A stretch of DNA of 64,000 nt from Hemiscyllium ocellatum. Lineage: Eukaryota. Within the stretch, counting starts at the first letter, position 1; each line of letters begins with the position of its first letter. Positions 38,771 to 51,110 of the stretch are shown piece by piece. A program made the translations under genes and the position numbers. The notes under the pieces were generated by a model. The model was given only the letters and a program-made list of their open reading frames with translations, searched no databases and had not been told where the DNA came from. The stretch spans positions 4,667,479 to 4,731,478 of the forward strand of contig NC_083450.1 in the NCBI RefSeq assembly GCF_020745735.1, in the 5' to 3' direction.

Positions 38771-39539
38771 CATGCACTCACCTGTCTACCTGCGGTTCTG
38801 TCCTATCACTGGCCTCCGATTTTGAGCTGGGCTCACTAATTCCCAAAATCAGTTCCCCAATCCCCCCACCCCCATCTCTGACACGCACAGACAAGCTTAT
38901 GGGGCCATAAGTCGGTCAATATAAGGCAGTTACAAATGATTCTAAGGAAAAATTCAGGAGAAACAGCTTCCCATAGGGGAGTGGGGAGGAATTGGGGGAA
39001 CTCACTCCCACTGAGAGTGGTGGAAGGGCCTGGCAAAGATACATTGGAGCTGAATAAACACAGGAGGGAGAGAGAAATACAAGGAGAAGGAATAACAGGA
39101 GTTTGGAGACAGTTTCTCCGGATTAACAACACACAGCACGGAGCAGAGGGACCGAATGGCCTATAGACCACCGCTGCAAATTTTATAAACATGCTACTAC
39201 AAAGAGATAGAACTGCGCAGTGAATTTTCCAGTGACACGCCTCGGTTAAAATGCAACGAGAAACACGAGGCACTGACAGCAACTGCCTTTCCCGTCTCAA
39301 GTCAAACCTCCATCTCTAGACTGATCCAGTGAGAACTGCTCACTAAATGTCGGGTTATAGTCAGCCTCGTTTATTGGCCGAGACTCAGCTTAATTTGCCC
39401 AGCAAAGCAACGGTACACACACGCACAGTCGCCGAGGTTGGGATTGAACCCGGGTCCGTGGCGCTGTGAGACAGCAGTGCTCACCCTTTTGCTACGATTA
39501 GCCCAGGCCCTTCGCTTGGAGCATTCAACATAATCCTCT

Positions 39540-40945
39540 AAAGAAGTATACGAAACAAGGTAGGTGAACGTGCAGCGTGGGTTGGTACCTGGGATTTCGA
39601 TGTTGTGGCTATTACGGAGACATGGGTAGAACAGGGACAGGATTGGCTATTGCTGGTTCCAGGGTTTAAATGTTTTAGTAGGGTCAGAGGTAGGGGTAAA
39701 AGTGGGGGAGGTGTGGCATTGCTTGTCAAGGATAGTGGAAAGGACGATGGAGGAAGACTCGCCATCTGAGGTAGTTTGGGCAGAGGTTAGAAATAGGAAA
39801 GGTGAGGTCACCCCGTTAGGAGTTTTCTACAGGCCTCCTAATAGTCCTAAAGACGTAGAAGAAAGGATTGCGAGGATGATTCAGGAGAAGAGTGAAAGTA
39901 ATAGAGTGGTTATTATGGGGGACTTTAACCTTCCAGATATTGACTGGGAAAGCTATAGCTCGAGTAGGTTAGATGGGTCAGTGTTTGTCCAATGTGTGCA
40001 GGAGGGTTTCCTGACACAATATGTAGACAGGCCAACAAGAGGTGAGGCCATACTGGATTTGGTTCTGGGTAATGAACCAGGCCAGGTGTTAGACTTGGAG
40101 GTAGGTGAGCACTTTGGGGACAGTGACCACAATTCAGTGACTTTTGCGCTAGTGATGGAGAGGGATAAGAGTGCACTGCAGGGCAAGAGTTATAGCTGGG
40201 GGCAGGGAAATTATGATGCGGTGAGGCAGGACTTAGGATGTGTGGCTTGGAAAAGTAGGCTTCAAAGGAAGGGCATAATCGATATGTGGAGTTTGTTCAA
40301 GGAGCAACTATTGAGTGTCCTTGATAAGTATGTACCTGTCAGGCAGGGAGGAAAGGGTCGTGTGAGGGAGCCGTAGTTTAATAAGGAATTGGAACCCTTG
40401 TTAAAGGGAAGAGGGCGGCCTATGTAAAGATGAGGCGTGAAGGTTCAATTGGGGCGATTGAGAGTTATAAGGTAGCCAGGAAGGATCTAAAGAGAGAGCT
40501 AAGAGCAGCGAGAAGGGGACATGAAAAGTCCTTGGTTGGTAGGATTAGGGGAAACCCAAAGGATTTCTATAGGTATGTCAGGAATAAAAGAATGACTAGG
40601 GTAGGAATAGGTCCAGTCAAGGATAGTAGTAGGAAGTTGTGCGTGGAGCTGAATTGGGGAGACACTGAATGAATACTTTTCGTCAGTATTCACTCAGGAA
40701 CAGGACATTGTTGCTGATGTGAATATTGAGTCACAATTAATTAGAATGGATTGCTTTGAGATATATAGGGAAGAGGTGTTGGAAATTCTGGAAAAGGTGA
40801 AAATAGATAAGTCCCCTGGGCCTGATGGCATTGATCAAGGATAGTCAGCATGGTTTTGTAGATAGCTAGTGTAGGTTAGGTGGGCTTGGATCGGAGCAAC
40901 ATGGAGGGCCAAAGGGCCTGTACTGCGCTGTATTTTTCCATGTTC
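39540..40945 (+). mobile_element. CR1 LINE ORF2 endonuclease region with an internal deletion joining it to the 3' UTR
   Basis: RSIRNKVG...DVVAITETW, then ORF 39702-40376 (GVFYRPPNS, MGDFNLPDIDW, FLTQYVDRPTRGEAILDLVLGN, GDSDHNSV). After DKSPGPDG (~40810) the sequence jumps to the 3' tail. Confidence 0.92.
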
Positions 40946-42296
40946 TGATCCAAATAGGGCGGTGTTATTTGACAGGGAATATCGCAGTCATATTGGAATC
41001 TGCTCCCCAAGGGATATCTGGACAGTATAGAATCCACTGAAGGCCAACAGCACAGAAACAGGCCACTCGGCCCACAGTCCATGTGCCCACTGCAGAATGG
41101 TCTAGATATTGCTGCTGCAAATTCTGTCAACATGAGGAGGCTGTGTCCCTACTACAAAGAGGCAGAACTGCGCGGTGAATTTTCCAGTCAGCTGCGGGTA
41201 ACACGCCTCGGTTAAAATACACCGAGAAACACGAGGCACTGACTCTAACTGCCTTTCCCGTCTCAAGTCAAACCTCCATCTCTAGACTGTTCCAGTGAGA
41301 ACCGCTCACCAAATGTCGGGGCGTAGTCAGTCTCGTTTAATATTTAGATTCAGTCGGCGGCGGGGGAGGGTACCTGAGGGAATAACACTGGACAGGATGG
41401 AGCGTGATAACAGGAGATGATTTAAACAGTCAAAATAAAACACAAGAGCGTTGGATAAACAACCCGTTAAAGTCACATTGAACTCGAAGCGTTAACTTTC
41501 TCTCTCTTGCGCGCCCTCGCTCGCTCTTTTTCTCTCTCTCTCTCTTTCTTCACAGGCCCTGCTGAGTTTCTGCAGCTCTTTCTGTCTTGATTTCAGATTT
41601 CCACCATTGCCAACTCTTTGCTTTCATTTAACGGTTTAAACAGTGGGTCTGAATTCTGAAAGAACCCTCTCTTTCAGATGTCACTGGAGCTGGATTCCTA
41701 GGAACGCTGAGAAGGGGTTTTGCCCGAAACGTCGATTTCGCTGCTCCTTGGATGCTGCCTGAACTGCTGTGCTCTTCCAGCACCACTCATCCAGACCCTG
41801 CAAGTTACCCTCCACCCTGACCTGGAAATATATCGGCCCTTCCCTTCCCGGTAGCTGGGTCCAAATCGTGAAACTCCCTTCCCAACAGCATTGCTATGAC
41901 TGTCCCCTACACCACACGTGGACTGCAGCGGTTCAAGAAAGCAGCTCATCGCCACCACCTTCTCGAGGGGCAATTAGGGACGGGCAAAAAATGTTGGGTC
42001 CAGCCAACGAACCCCAAGTCCCAAGAACAGATCCAAGTGAATTATTAAACGCTTGAGGTGATGACAAGTTGATTGTGCTGTGTGTTTGAGCCCCATTCTA
42101 ATAGAATAATCCCCCACCTGAAATACCCTGGCAGATGAGCAATGATAAATTCCACTTGAGCTCTTTAGTCGGGGAAGGGTCCCGCAGAATTTGTACAATT
42201 GAGACGCGCCTCCATTAAACACAAAAGAATCCTCCAGCGCTTCACTGGCAATGACGGCCTGAAAGAATCTGTATTATCTGAGTTCCAATTCCAACA

Positions 42297-43112
42297 TACA
42301 CACACACTCACACACACACACTCTCTCTCACACATACACGCACTCACACGCATACAAGCACTCACACATGCACATGCACACACACATATACACTCCTACA
42401 CACAAACACACACACACACTCACATATATGCACATACATACACTCGTACATGTACATGCACACACACATACACTCATACAGACGCACACACACTCACATG
42501 TACATGCACACACACACGTTCATACACACGCACAAACGCACACACACATATGCATCCACAAACACTACACATGTACATGCAATCCCACACTCACACATGT
42601 ACACGCACATACACACACATACACTCATACTCACACACAAACACACACATGCACATGCACGCACACACTCATACACACGCACACACGCACAAACACACCC
42701 ACACTCACACATATGCACACGCAAACACTTACACATGTACATGCACACACACACAAACACACCCACACTCTCACATTTACACACACAAACACTCACACAT
42801 GTACACGCACACACACACCCATACACGCGCGCATACGCACAAACACACACACTCACATATACACGCACAAACACTCACACATGTACATGCACACACATAC
42901 TCACACAAACACAACCCCACAGACATTCTCAAATGCGCACACACACATAAACATTCACGCATACACGCACCCACATACGCACACACAGAGACACACACAC
43001 ACACACATATACACAAACGTTCAAAATACACATAGATATTCACACATTCTCTCACAGATACGCAGACACGCACACTGACACACACACACACACACACACA
43101 GACGCACACACA
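42297..43112. repeat. (CA)n/(CATA)n degenerate microsatellite
   Basis: The His/Thr-rich ORFs here are translations of the CA repeat. Confidence 0.95.
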
Positions 43113-44054
43113 CCGATTACAAACGGAGTGGGGTGAAATTCCTCTCATGAATTGTCTCTGTAGAGACACTCCCTTATTGTGGCGCTATATGAAGTCACAG
43201 CATTGTGATTGTTGTTGATTCCCGACAGAGCTAAGCTCTTCAGCGGTTCCTGTGGGGAGCACGGGATACAGAGCAGATTGAAATCGGTCCTGTTTGGGTT
43301 TATGGAAAAATTCCTCAAAGCAATCCCCACTCCTCACATTCCCCAAAACCGCTGGAACAGGGAGATAATCCTGCGCCCGTTCCTTACAAACCGGGACAGT
43401 CTAGGCCACAATGTCAGAATGAGGGGGTCACCCATTGAAGAGAGAGAGATGGGCAGGAATACCTTCTGTCCAAAATAATCTGTGGGATTCTTTACCACAG
43501 AGTGCTGTGGAGATCATTGAAAGCTGAGATGGGAAGATCTTTAATCAGGACTGGTTGGGGGGGGGGGGGGGGGGTGGGGAGAACGGGGAAGGCAGAAATG
43601 TGAAGCTGAGGACGACCAGGTCTCACTGAATGGCGGAGCAGACTAGAGGGGCCGAGTGGCCAACAACTGCTCCCACCCCTGGGTGATCTGACTCCATCTC
43701 ACGGCATAGATCTCCGTGTCAGGGCCTGAACTGAAAACTGGGTGGAGAGAGGGGGCCGATTTTGGCCACAGACAGTTACTGCCCCTGAACAGCCCTCAAG
43801 AACACCCACCCCAGCCCCCAGCACAACCCTCTGTTCCTGGCCACAATCAGCCCATGTCCTACTCTGGAAGAATGGCGCCAAATCCAAACATGGATGTGAC
43901 ACTTGTAGGGAAGGTCTCTGAAAGGTGGTCACAATGGAATCTAGTACAAGGGGATATACATGGAGGGGCACCGGCGTGGCATAGAATTACTGCAGGCTAA
44001 CGGTACAGAAAGAGACCACTCGGCCCATCATCTGGGTGCCCACTGCCAAACATG

Positions 44055-44285
44055 GGGGAGCTGAGGGGAGAATGGGGGACTCACTCCCACGGGAATTGGG
44101 GGAGAATGGGGGACTCACTCCCACGGGAAGTGGCGGGAGAATGGGGGAACTCGCTCCCACGGCGAGTGGCGGGGAGAATGGGGGAGTCGCTCCCACGGGG
44201 AGTGGTGGGCGAATGGGGGACTCCCTCCCACAGGGAGTTGGGGGAGAATGGGGGACTCGCTCCCAAGGGGAGTGGGGGTGGGAAG
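44055..44285. repeat. ~34-35-bp G-rich minisatellite, about 7 copies
   Basis: Unit GGGGAGAATGGGGGACTC(A/G)CTCCCAC(G)GGGAGT(T/G)G. Confidence 0.9.
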
Positions 44286-47200
44286 GAGAATGGCAACGAT
44301 ACATTGAAACTGAATAAACATAGAAGGGAGAGAGGAATACAAGGAAAAGGCATAGCAGGATTTTGGAGACAGTTTGTGTGACGCAAGAACACGCAGCACG
44401 GAATAAAAGGACCGAATGTCCTGTAAACAGCTGCTGCAAACTCTGTAAACCTGAGGAGGCTGTGTATCTACTACAAAGAGACAGAACTGCGCGGTGCATT
44501 TTCCAGTCAGCTGTGGGTAACACGCCTCGGTTAAAAACACAGAGACACAAGTCATTGATTGGAACTGCCTTTCCCGTCTCAAGTCAAACCTCCATCTCTA
44601 GACTGATGCAGTGAGAGCTGCTCACCAAATGTCGGGGCATAGTCAGCCTCGCTTGATAGCCGAGACTCAACTTATTTTGCCTCAGTGAAATGTCGAAGGA
44701 GNNNNNNNNNNNNNNNNNNNNNNNNNNNNNNNNNNNNNNNNNNNNNNNNNNNNNNNNNNNNNNNNNNNNNNNNNNNNNNNNNNNNNNNNNNNNNNNNNNN
44801 NNNNNNNNNNNNNNNNNNNNNNNNNNNNNNNNNNNNNNNNNNNNNNNNNNNNNNNNNNNNNNNNNNNNNNNNNNNNNNNNNNNNNNNNNNNNNNNNNNNN
44901 NNNNNNNNNNNNNNNNNNNNNNNNNNNNNNNNNNNNNNNNNNNNNNNNNNNNNNNNNNNNNNNNNNNNNNNNNNNNNNNNNNNNNNNNNNNNNNNNNNNN
45001 NNNNNNNNNNNNNACACACATATACACACACGTAGCACACACACATACACACATATAGACACACACATNNNNNNNNNNNNNNNNNNNNNNNNNNNNNNNN
45101 NNNNNNNNNNNNNNNNNNNNNNNNNNNNNNNNNNNNNNNNNNNNNNNNNNNNNNNNNNNNNNNNNNNNNNNNNNNNNNNNNNNNNNNNNNNNNNNNNNNN
45201 NNNNNNNNNNNNNNNNNNNNNNNNNNNNNNNNNNNNNNNNNNNNNNNNNNNNNNNNNNNNNNNNNNNNNNNNNNNNNNNNNNNNNNNNNNNNNNNNNNNN
45301 NNNNNNNNNNNNNNNNNNNNNCACGCAGATACACAAGCACACACACATAGACACACACACAAACCGCACACACACACACATTCACACGCAGATACACAAA
45401 CACACACACACCAACAAATGCACGGCACACACAAACACATTTACACACACATTAACAGACACACACTGGCATTCACATGCACACAGCACATGCACTCAGA
45501 TACATAGCACACACACGTTCACACACACACAGAGACACACAGTCACTGACACATATACACAGAACACGCAAATACATAGGCATTCACACACTCACGCACA
45601 CACACAGATACACAGATAGACACACACTCTCGCATACACACTGATAACAGACACATACACACACGGATTACTAAAAGCCTAGGGTGAAATTCCTCTTACA
45701 AGTTCTCTCTTTGGAAACAATGTCCCAAGACAATCCCACTCCCCCTACCCCTCAACCCCACCCCGACTGCCACTGAACATGAAGGTGACTCTGCCCCAGT
45801 TATTTATAAACAGGGCGAGTCTACGACCACAGGGCACAATGTCAGAATGCAGGGTCGTCCATTGAAGGCAGAGATGGAGGAGGGACTCCGAGGGGAGTGA
45901 ATCTGTAGAATTCCTGAGCACATGGGGATGTGGAAGTTCTGTATATCCAGTAAGAGTTGCAGAGAGAAAGATGCAGGGGTCACGGCCCCTAAATAATCCT
46001 CAAGCAATACCCACACCTCCCCCTCCTCTCCAATGTCTGCTCCAATTAATCTGGGGAAGCATTAAACGTAGTTCAAACAGGGCAGTGCTATTGGTCGGGG
46101 AATATTATAGCCATGTTGGAATCTGCTACACAGGGGATATCTGGACAGTGCAGAGACTCTGGACAGCATAGAATCCACTGAAAGCTAACGTCACCGAGAG
46201 AGGCCACTCGGCCCTCAGTCCATGTGCCCACTGCAGAATGGCCTAGATATTGCTGCTGCAAATTCTGTCAACATGAGGAGGCTGTGTCCCTACTACAAAG
46301 AGACAGAACTGCGCGGTGAATTTTCCAGTCAGCTGCGGGTAACACGCCTCGGTTAAAATACAACCAGAAACACGAGGCACTGACTGCAACTGCCTTTCCC
46401 GTCTCAAGTCAAACCTCCATCTCTAGACTGTTCCAGTGAGAACCGCTCTCCAAATGTCGGGTCATAGTCAGCCTCGTTTAATACCTTAGATTCAGTCGGC
46501 GGGGGGAGGGTCTCCGAGGGGATGAGATTACACAGGACGGAGGGTGATGGCAGAAGATAGTCTAAATAATAAGAAAAGTAACAGAACGTGCTGGGGATAC
46601 AACCAATTAAAGTCACANNNNNNNNNNNNNNNNNNNNNNNNNNNNNNNNNNNNNNNNNNNNNNNNNNNNNNNNNNNNNNNNNNNNNNNNNNNNNNNNNNN
46701 NNNNNNNNNNNNNNNNNNNNNNNNNNNNNNNNNNNNNNNNNNNNNNNNNNGTGTGTCTTTNNNNNNNNNNNNNNNNNNNNNNNNNNNNNNNNNNNNNNNN
46801 NNNNNNNNNNNNNNNNNNNNNNNNNNNNNNNNNNNNNNNNNNNNNNNNNNNNNNNNNNNNNNNNNNNNNNNNNNNNNNNNNNNNNNNNNNCTCTGCCTCT
46901 CTCTCCCCCCTCTCCTCTCTCTCTCGCCCCCTCACTGTCTCTCCCTCTGAGTCNNNNNNNNNNNNNNNNNNNNNNNNNNNNNNNNNNNNNNNNNNNNNNN
47001 NNNNNNNNNNNNNNNNNNNNNNNNNNNNNNNNNNNNNNNNNNNNNNNNNNNNNNNNNNNNNNNNNNNNNNNNNNNNNNNNNNNNNNNNNNNNNNNNNNNN
47101 NNNNNNNNNNNNNNNNNNNNNNNNNNNNNNNNNNNNNNNNNNNNNNNNNNNNNNNNNNNNNNNNNNNNNNNNNNNNNNNNNNNNNNNNNNNNNNNNNNNN

Positions 47201-48044
47201 NNNNNNNNNNNNNNNNNNNNNNNNNNNNNCTNNNNNNNNNNNNNNNNNNNNNNNNNNNNNNNNNNNNNNNNNNNNNNNNNNNNNNNNNNNNNNNNNNNNN
47301 NNNNNNNNNNNNNNNNNNNNNNNNNNNNNNNNNNNNNNNNNNNNNNNNNNNNNNNNNNNNNNNNNNNNNNNNNNNNCAGCCAGACCTTACTGAGTTTCTC
47401 CAGCCCTCTGCCATTACATCTTTATCCCCAGTTCTCTGTTTTGAGTTGACAGGTTAAACAGTGGAACGGAATACTGACAAGGTCCTCTCTTCAAATTCGG
47501 CGGGACCGAATTGTTTGGACTCTCCGTGTCTCTGGGTGTTTTTGCAGGGAGTCGCAGATTTATCNNNNNNNNNNNNNNNNNNNNNNNNNNNNNNNNNNNN
47601 NNNNNNNNNNNNNNNNNNNNNNNNNNNNNNNNNNNNNNNNNNNNNNNNNNNNNNNNNNNNNNNNNNNNNNNNNNNNNNNNNNNNNNNNNNNNNNNNNNNN
47701 NNNNNNNNNNNNNNNNNNNNNNNNNNNNNNNNNNNNNNNNNNNNNNNNNNNNNNNNNNNNNNNNNNNNNNNNNNNNNNNNNNNNNNNNNNNNNNNNNNNN
47801 NNNNNNNNNNNNNNNNNNNNNNNNNNNNNNNNNNNNNNNNNNNNNNNNNNNNNNNNNNNNNNNNNNNNNNNNNNNNNNNNNNNNNNNNNNNNNNNNNNNN
47901 NNNNNNNNNNNNNNNNNNNNNNNNNNNNNCAGCCCTGTGCTTGGAAGATTAGACAAGGAATCAAATTCGACACAGAGTCAAATTACAGTCAGCATTATTA
48001 CTCTGCAGCACACTGTTCCTGGCGTGCACTGTCCAAACCCAATA

Positions 48045-48260
48045 CCGAGAATGTGTTGCTGGAAAAGCGCAGCAGGTCAGGCAGCATCCAAGGAGCAGGA
48101 GAATCGACGTTTCGGGCTTGAGCCCTTCTTCAGGAAATTTTTTCTTCAGAGCTCAAGCCCGAAACATCGACTCTCCTGTTCCTTGGATGCTGCCTGACCT
48201 GCTGCGCTTTTCCAGCAACACATTTTCAGCTCTGAGCTGCAGTCCTCACTTTCTCCCCAA
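48045..48260. mobile_element. Penelope terminal repeat palindrome with an intact hammerhead motif on the minus strand (48101-48137)
   Basis: Near-perfect inverted repeat around ~48140. Minus strand reads TTC CTGAAGA AGGGC TCAA GCCC GAAA CGTC GATTC. The plus-strand arm lacks the core. Confidence 0.88.
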
Positions 48261-49074
48261 ACCCAGCACCCCCTGGAAGGACAAGGGCAGTGCACACGGA
48301 GGAACACCACACCCAGCAAGTTCCCCTCCGAACCCCACACCATTCTGACTTGGAGATGTACCGACCGTTCTTTCACTGCAGCTTGGTCGATTTGAAACCA
48401 GGAGCCGGAGGAGGCTATTCGGCCCTTCAAGCCTGCTCCGTTATTCAATATTATTATGATTGGTCGTCTAACCTAATCCTCCTCTCCCCCGCTTTCTTTC
48501 CCCGCTGCCTTTTGACCCTTTTAGACCTAACAGCTCGGTCTAACTCCTTGAAAACATGTCATGTTCCCCGACCGCTTTCTCTCGCAGAGAATTCTACAGG
48601 CTCCCTCACTCTCTGGGTGAAGATATTTCGCTTCACCTCAGTCCTACCCCGTCTCCTTTAGACTGTGACTCCCTGGTTCTGGACTCGCCCACCCCAGCGC
48701 CCTCCCATCTCCCGGTTTTCGGGAACATGTTCCCTGCCTTTACTGTGTTAGAATGTCATAGGTTTCAATGATATCCGCGCCCTTATTTCCCCCCCCCCCC
48801 CCCCAATTATTCTCCACAACAGCGAATATAAACCTTACCGATCCAGTCATGAGAGGGGGGTGGGGGCGAGGGGAGAGAGAGAACTGGCAATCTGAAACAG
48901 ACACAGAAATCTTTATACAAGGTCGGCCCGTCCGGCCGCATCTGTGCAGAACTAGATGAAGGGTCACTGGAACCGAAACCTTAACTCTGCTTTCTCTCTC
49001 CACAGACACTGACAGACCTGCTGAGCTTCCTCAGCCATTTCTGTTTTCGTTCCAGGCTCTGGAAACTCTCTGTG

Positions 49075-49965
49075 AATAGCACTCTGCGTGTTCCGAGCAT
49101 CCCTACGATACTGAAATTCTCTCTCTAACAGCATTTTGCGGGTTTCTAATCCCTTCATAACCCTGAAATTCTCTCTCTACAGCACCTTGCGTGTCCTCAG
49201 ATCCTTTTAACACTGATACTCTCTCCCTAACAGCACTTTGTGTTCCTAACATCTCTATCATTCTGAAACTCGCTCCCTAACAGCACTTTGTGTGTTCCTA
49301 ACATCCCTATAATAATAAAACTCTCTCCCTAACAACACTTTGAGTATTTCTAACATCCCTATAATACTGAAACTCTTTCCCTAACAGATTACGTGTGTTC
49401 CTAACATCCCTACCATTCTGAAACTCGCTCCCTAACAGCACTTTGTGTGTTCCTAACATCCCTATAATTCAGAAACTCTCTCCCTAACGGCGTTTTGAAT
49501 GTTCCTGACATCCCTATGTTATTCTAACTGTCTCTCTCCTTAACAGCCCTTGGCTATTCCTAACATCCCTATCATTCTGAAACTCTCTCCCTAACAGCAT
49601 TTCGTGTCTTCCTAACATCTCTATCATTCTGAAACTCCCTCCCTAACTACACTCTGTGTGTTCCTAACATCTTTATAATTCTGAAACTCTCTCCCTAACA
49701 GCATTTCGTGTCTTCCTAACATCTCTATCATTCTGAAACTCCCTTCCTAACTACACTTTGTGTGTTCCTAACATCTTTATAATTCTGAAACTCTCTCCCT
49801 ACCACCACTCTGTGTGTTCCTAACATCTTTATAATTCTGAAACTCTCTCCCTACCCCCACTCTGTGTGTTCCTAACATCCTACCACTGACTCACTCTCCC
49901 TAACTGCACTTTGCGTGTTCCTAATGTCCATATAATGCTGAAACTCTCTCCCTAACAGCATGTTG
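49075..49965 (+). repeat. ~52-bp minisatellite, about 16-17 copies
   Basis: Unit CTCTCTCCCTAACAGCACTTTGTGTGTTCCTAACATCCCTATCATTCTGAAA. Confidence 0.92.
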
Positions 49966-50019
49966 AGTGCTCCTTACACAACCTACAAGAATTGCATCGG
50001 TTCATCAAGACAGTTAGGG

Positions 50020-50345
50020 AGCGGTAATAATGCCCCTTTCCGGGACATTGACTTGTTATTTACCCGCTTTCTGCCCGTGCCACCGGCGCCCAGTGAAGGA
50101 CCACGCTTTTATTTATAGCCATTGACCGCAATGACGCACACACCGCCTTCTGGCCCGAGTGGCGCAGGTTCGCCCACAGAACCTTGTCATACTTTCCAAC
50201 TCAACGGATCGATCGCAGAAGGGGCGAGGCTGGCCGGTCTTGGGGGGTCAAGGCAGCCGGCTGACTCTTTCCCCAGCCACACATAACACACACACACAAA
50301 GTTGGGGGGGGGGAGAGAGAATTCTCCACAACCCAACACGAAAAG
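50020..50345 (+). promoter_or_regulatory. Candidate promoter of the IgSF gene (CpG-rich)
   Basis: CpG-dense unique DNA directly upstream of the leader exon. TATTTATA at 50110-50117, ACCGCA (RUNX-type) at 50125-50130, TGACG (CRE half-site) at 50132-50136. Confidence 0.45.
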
Positions 50346-50400
50346 ATGACCAAGGGAGTCTTCTTCCCGATTCTCCTGGTCCAACTCTTGGTTCTTTACG
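50346..50400 (+). CDS. IgSF receptor exon 1: signal peptide (MTKGVFFPILLVQLLVLY)
   Basis: ATG in context AAGATGA, hydrophobic leader, 55 nt, phase-1 donor G|GTGAGT at 50401. Not shown in the ORF track. Confidence 0.85.
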
Positions 50401-50687
50401 GTGAGTGGGAGGGAATTTGGAAAAACTCGCCCAGAAAATGGGAACCTGACTCTTCTCCACCTCCCCCCCCCCCCCCCCCGCATCCAAAGGTGGAAAGAAT
50501 TTCGATCATGCCCAGTTGAGATATTTATTTGGAGCCTCCCCAGTCCCAAGATTCGTGTAGACAATAGAAAGGGTAACTGGAGTCACGGTAGACAATAATG
50601 AGGCGCTTCTCTCAAATGGGCAGCGATCGAAGGGGGTCCGCTCCCACCCCTCAATAATCTCGTTTAATGTCACTTTTATCTCTTCAG

Positions 50688-51020
50688 TTGCAGATTCTCA
50701 GCTCTCCGGGCCTCAGGGACCCTTCGCCAAGACGGCAAAAGTAGGAGAGACGATCAAGTTGGAGTGCCATCTCAGCTATCCTGTGGAGTTGGTTACTAGC
50801 TATTTCTGGTACAAACAGACTGTGGGTGAAGCCCCGGTAGCAATAGACACCACCAACTGTAAGGGGTCCGATTGTAAATTTATTTCAAAACAAGGTGACA
50901 GCGAGCGTGTGCTGCTATTGGAAATCCGTAATGTCCAGGTCAATGACTCTGGGACCTACTACTGTGCTGATAGGGATGGCTATGCTCCTCTCCAGCGGGG
51001 ACCCAGACTGCTTGTTGGAG
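50688..51020 (+). CDS. IgSF receptor exon 2: germline-joined VJ-type V domain
   Basis: Acceptor TTTTATCTCTTCAG (alternative AG at 50692-50693, same phase). Encodes ADSQLSGPQG...VGETIKLEC...YFWYKQ...LLEIRNVQVNDSGTYYC-ADRDGYAP-LQRGPRLLVG. Donor G|GTAAGA at 51021. Confidence 0.93.
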
Positions 51021-51110
51021 GTAAGAGACACACCAAAATCAATCCGAACCGTCCACCCCATTTTGATTTTCCGTTCATTTTTCGTTAACTCTGTCCCAAT
51101 CTCTGCCCAG

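Larger units (their letters stand above)
39171..46478. repeat. Four direct copies of a ~200-230-bp conserved module (39171-39371, 41111-41337, 44431-44654, 46252-46478)
   Basis: All four share the invariant 43-mer AACTGCCTTTCCCGTCTCAAGTCAAACCTCCATCTCTAGACTG, plus ACACGCCTCGGTTAAAA and CTACTACAAAGAG. Confidence 0.9.

Noticed and set aside
41180-41260. Weak resemblance of the four-copy module to U4 snRNA (TTTAACCGAGGCGTG on minus) or U3 snoRNA (CACCGAGAAACACGAGG), and to a BTB motif (KIHRAVLSLCS)
   Set aside because: Matches are short, flanking structure and Sm/box motifs do not line up, and substitutions between copies are mostly non-synonymous in that frame.
42199-43169. Long His/Thr- or Cys/Val-rich ORFs (also 35017-38731 and 44584-45448)
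   Set aside because: They are translations of CA/GT microsatellites, purine tracts or N gaps.
44055-44285. CRISPR-like array (also the 52-bp array at 49075-49965)
   Set aside because: Contiguous tandem units with no unique spacers, vertebrate context, and no cas genes.
50960-51110. Rearranging V segment with RSS, i.e. an ordinary TCR/IgL locus
   Set aside because: The V continues directly into a J-like strand and a splice donor. There is no CACAGTG heptamer with a 12/23 spacer and nonamer, and no separate J segments in the 90-nt intron.
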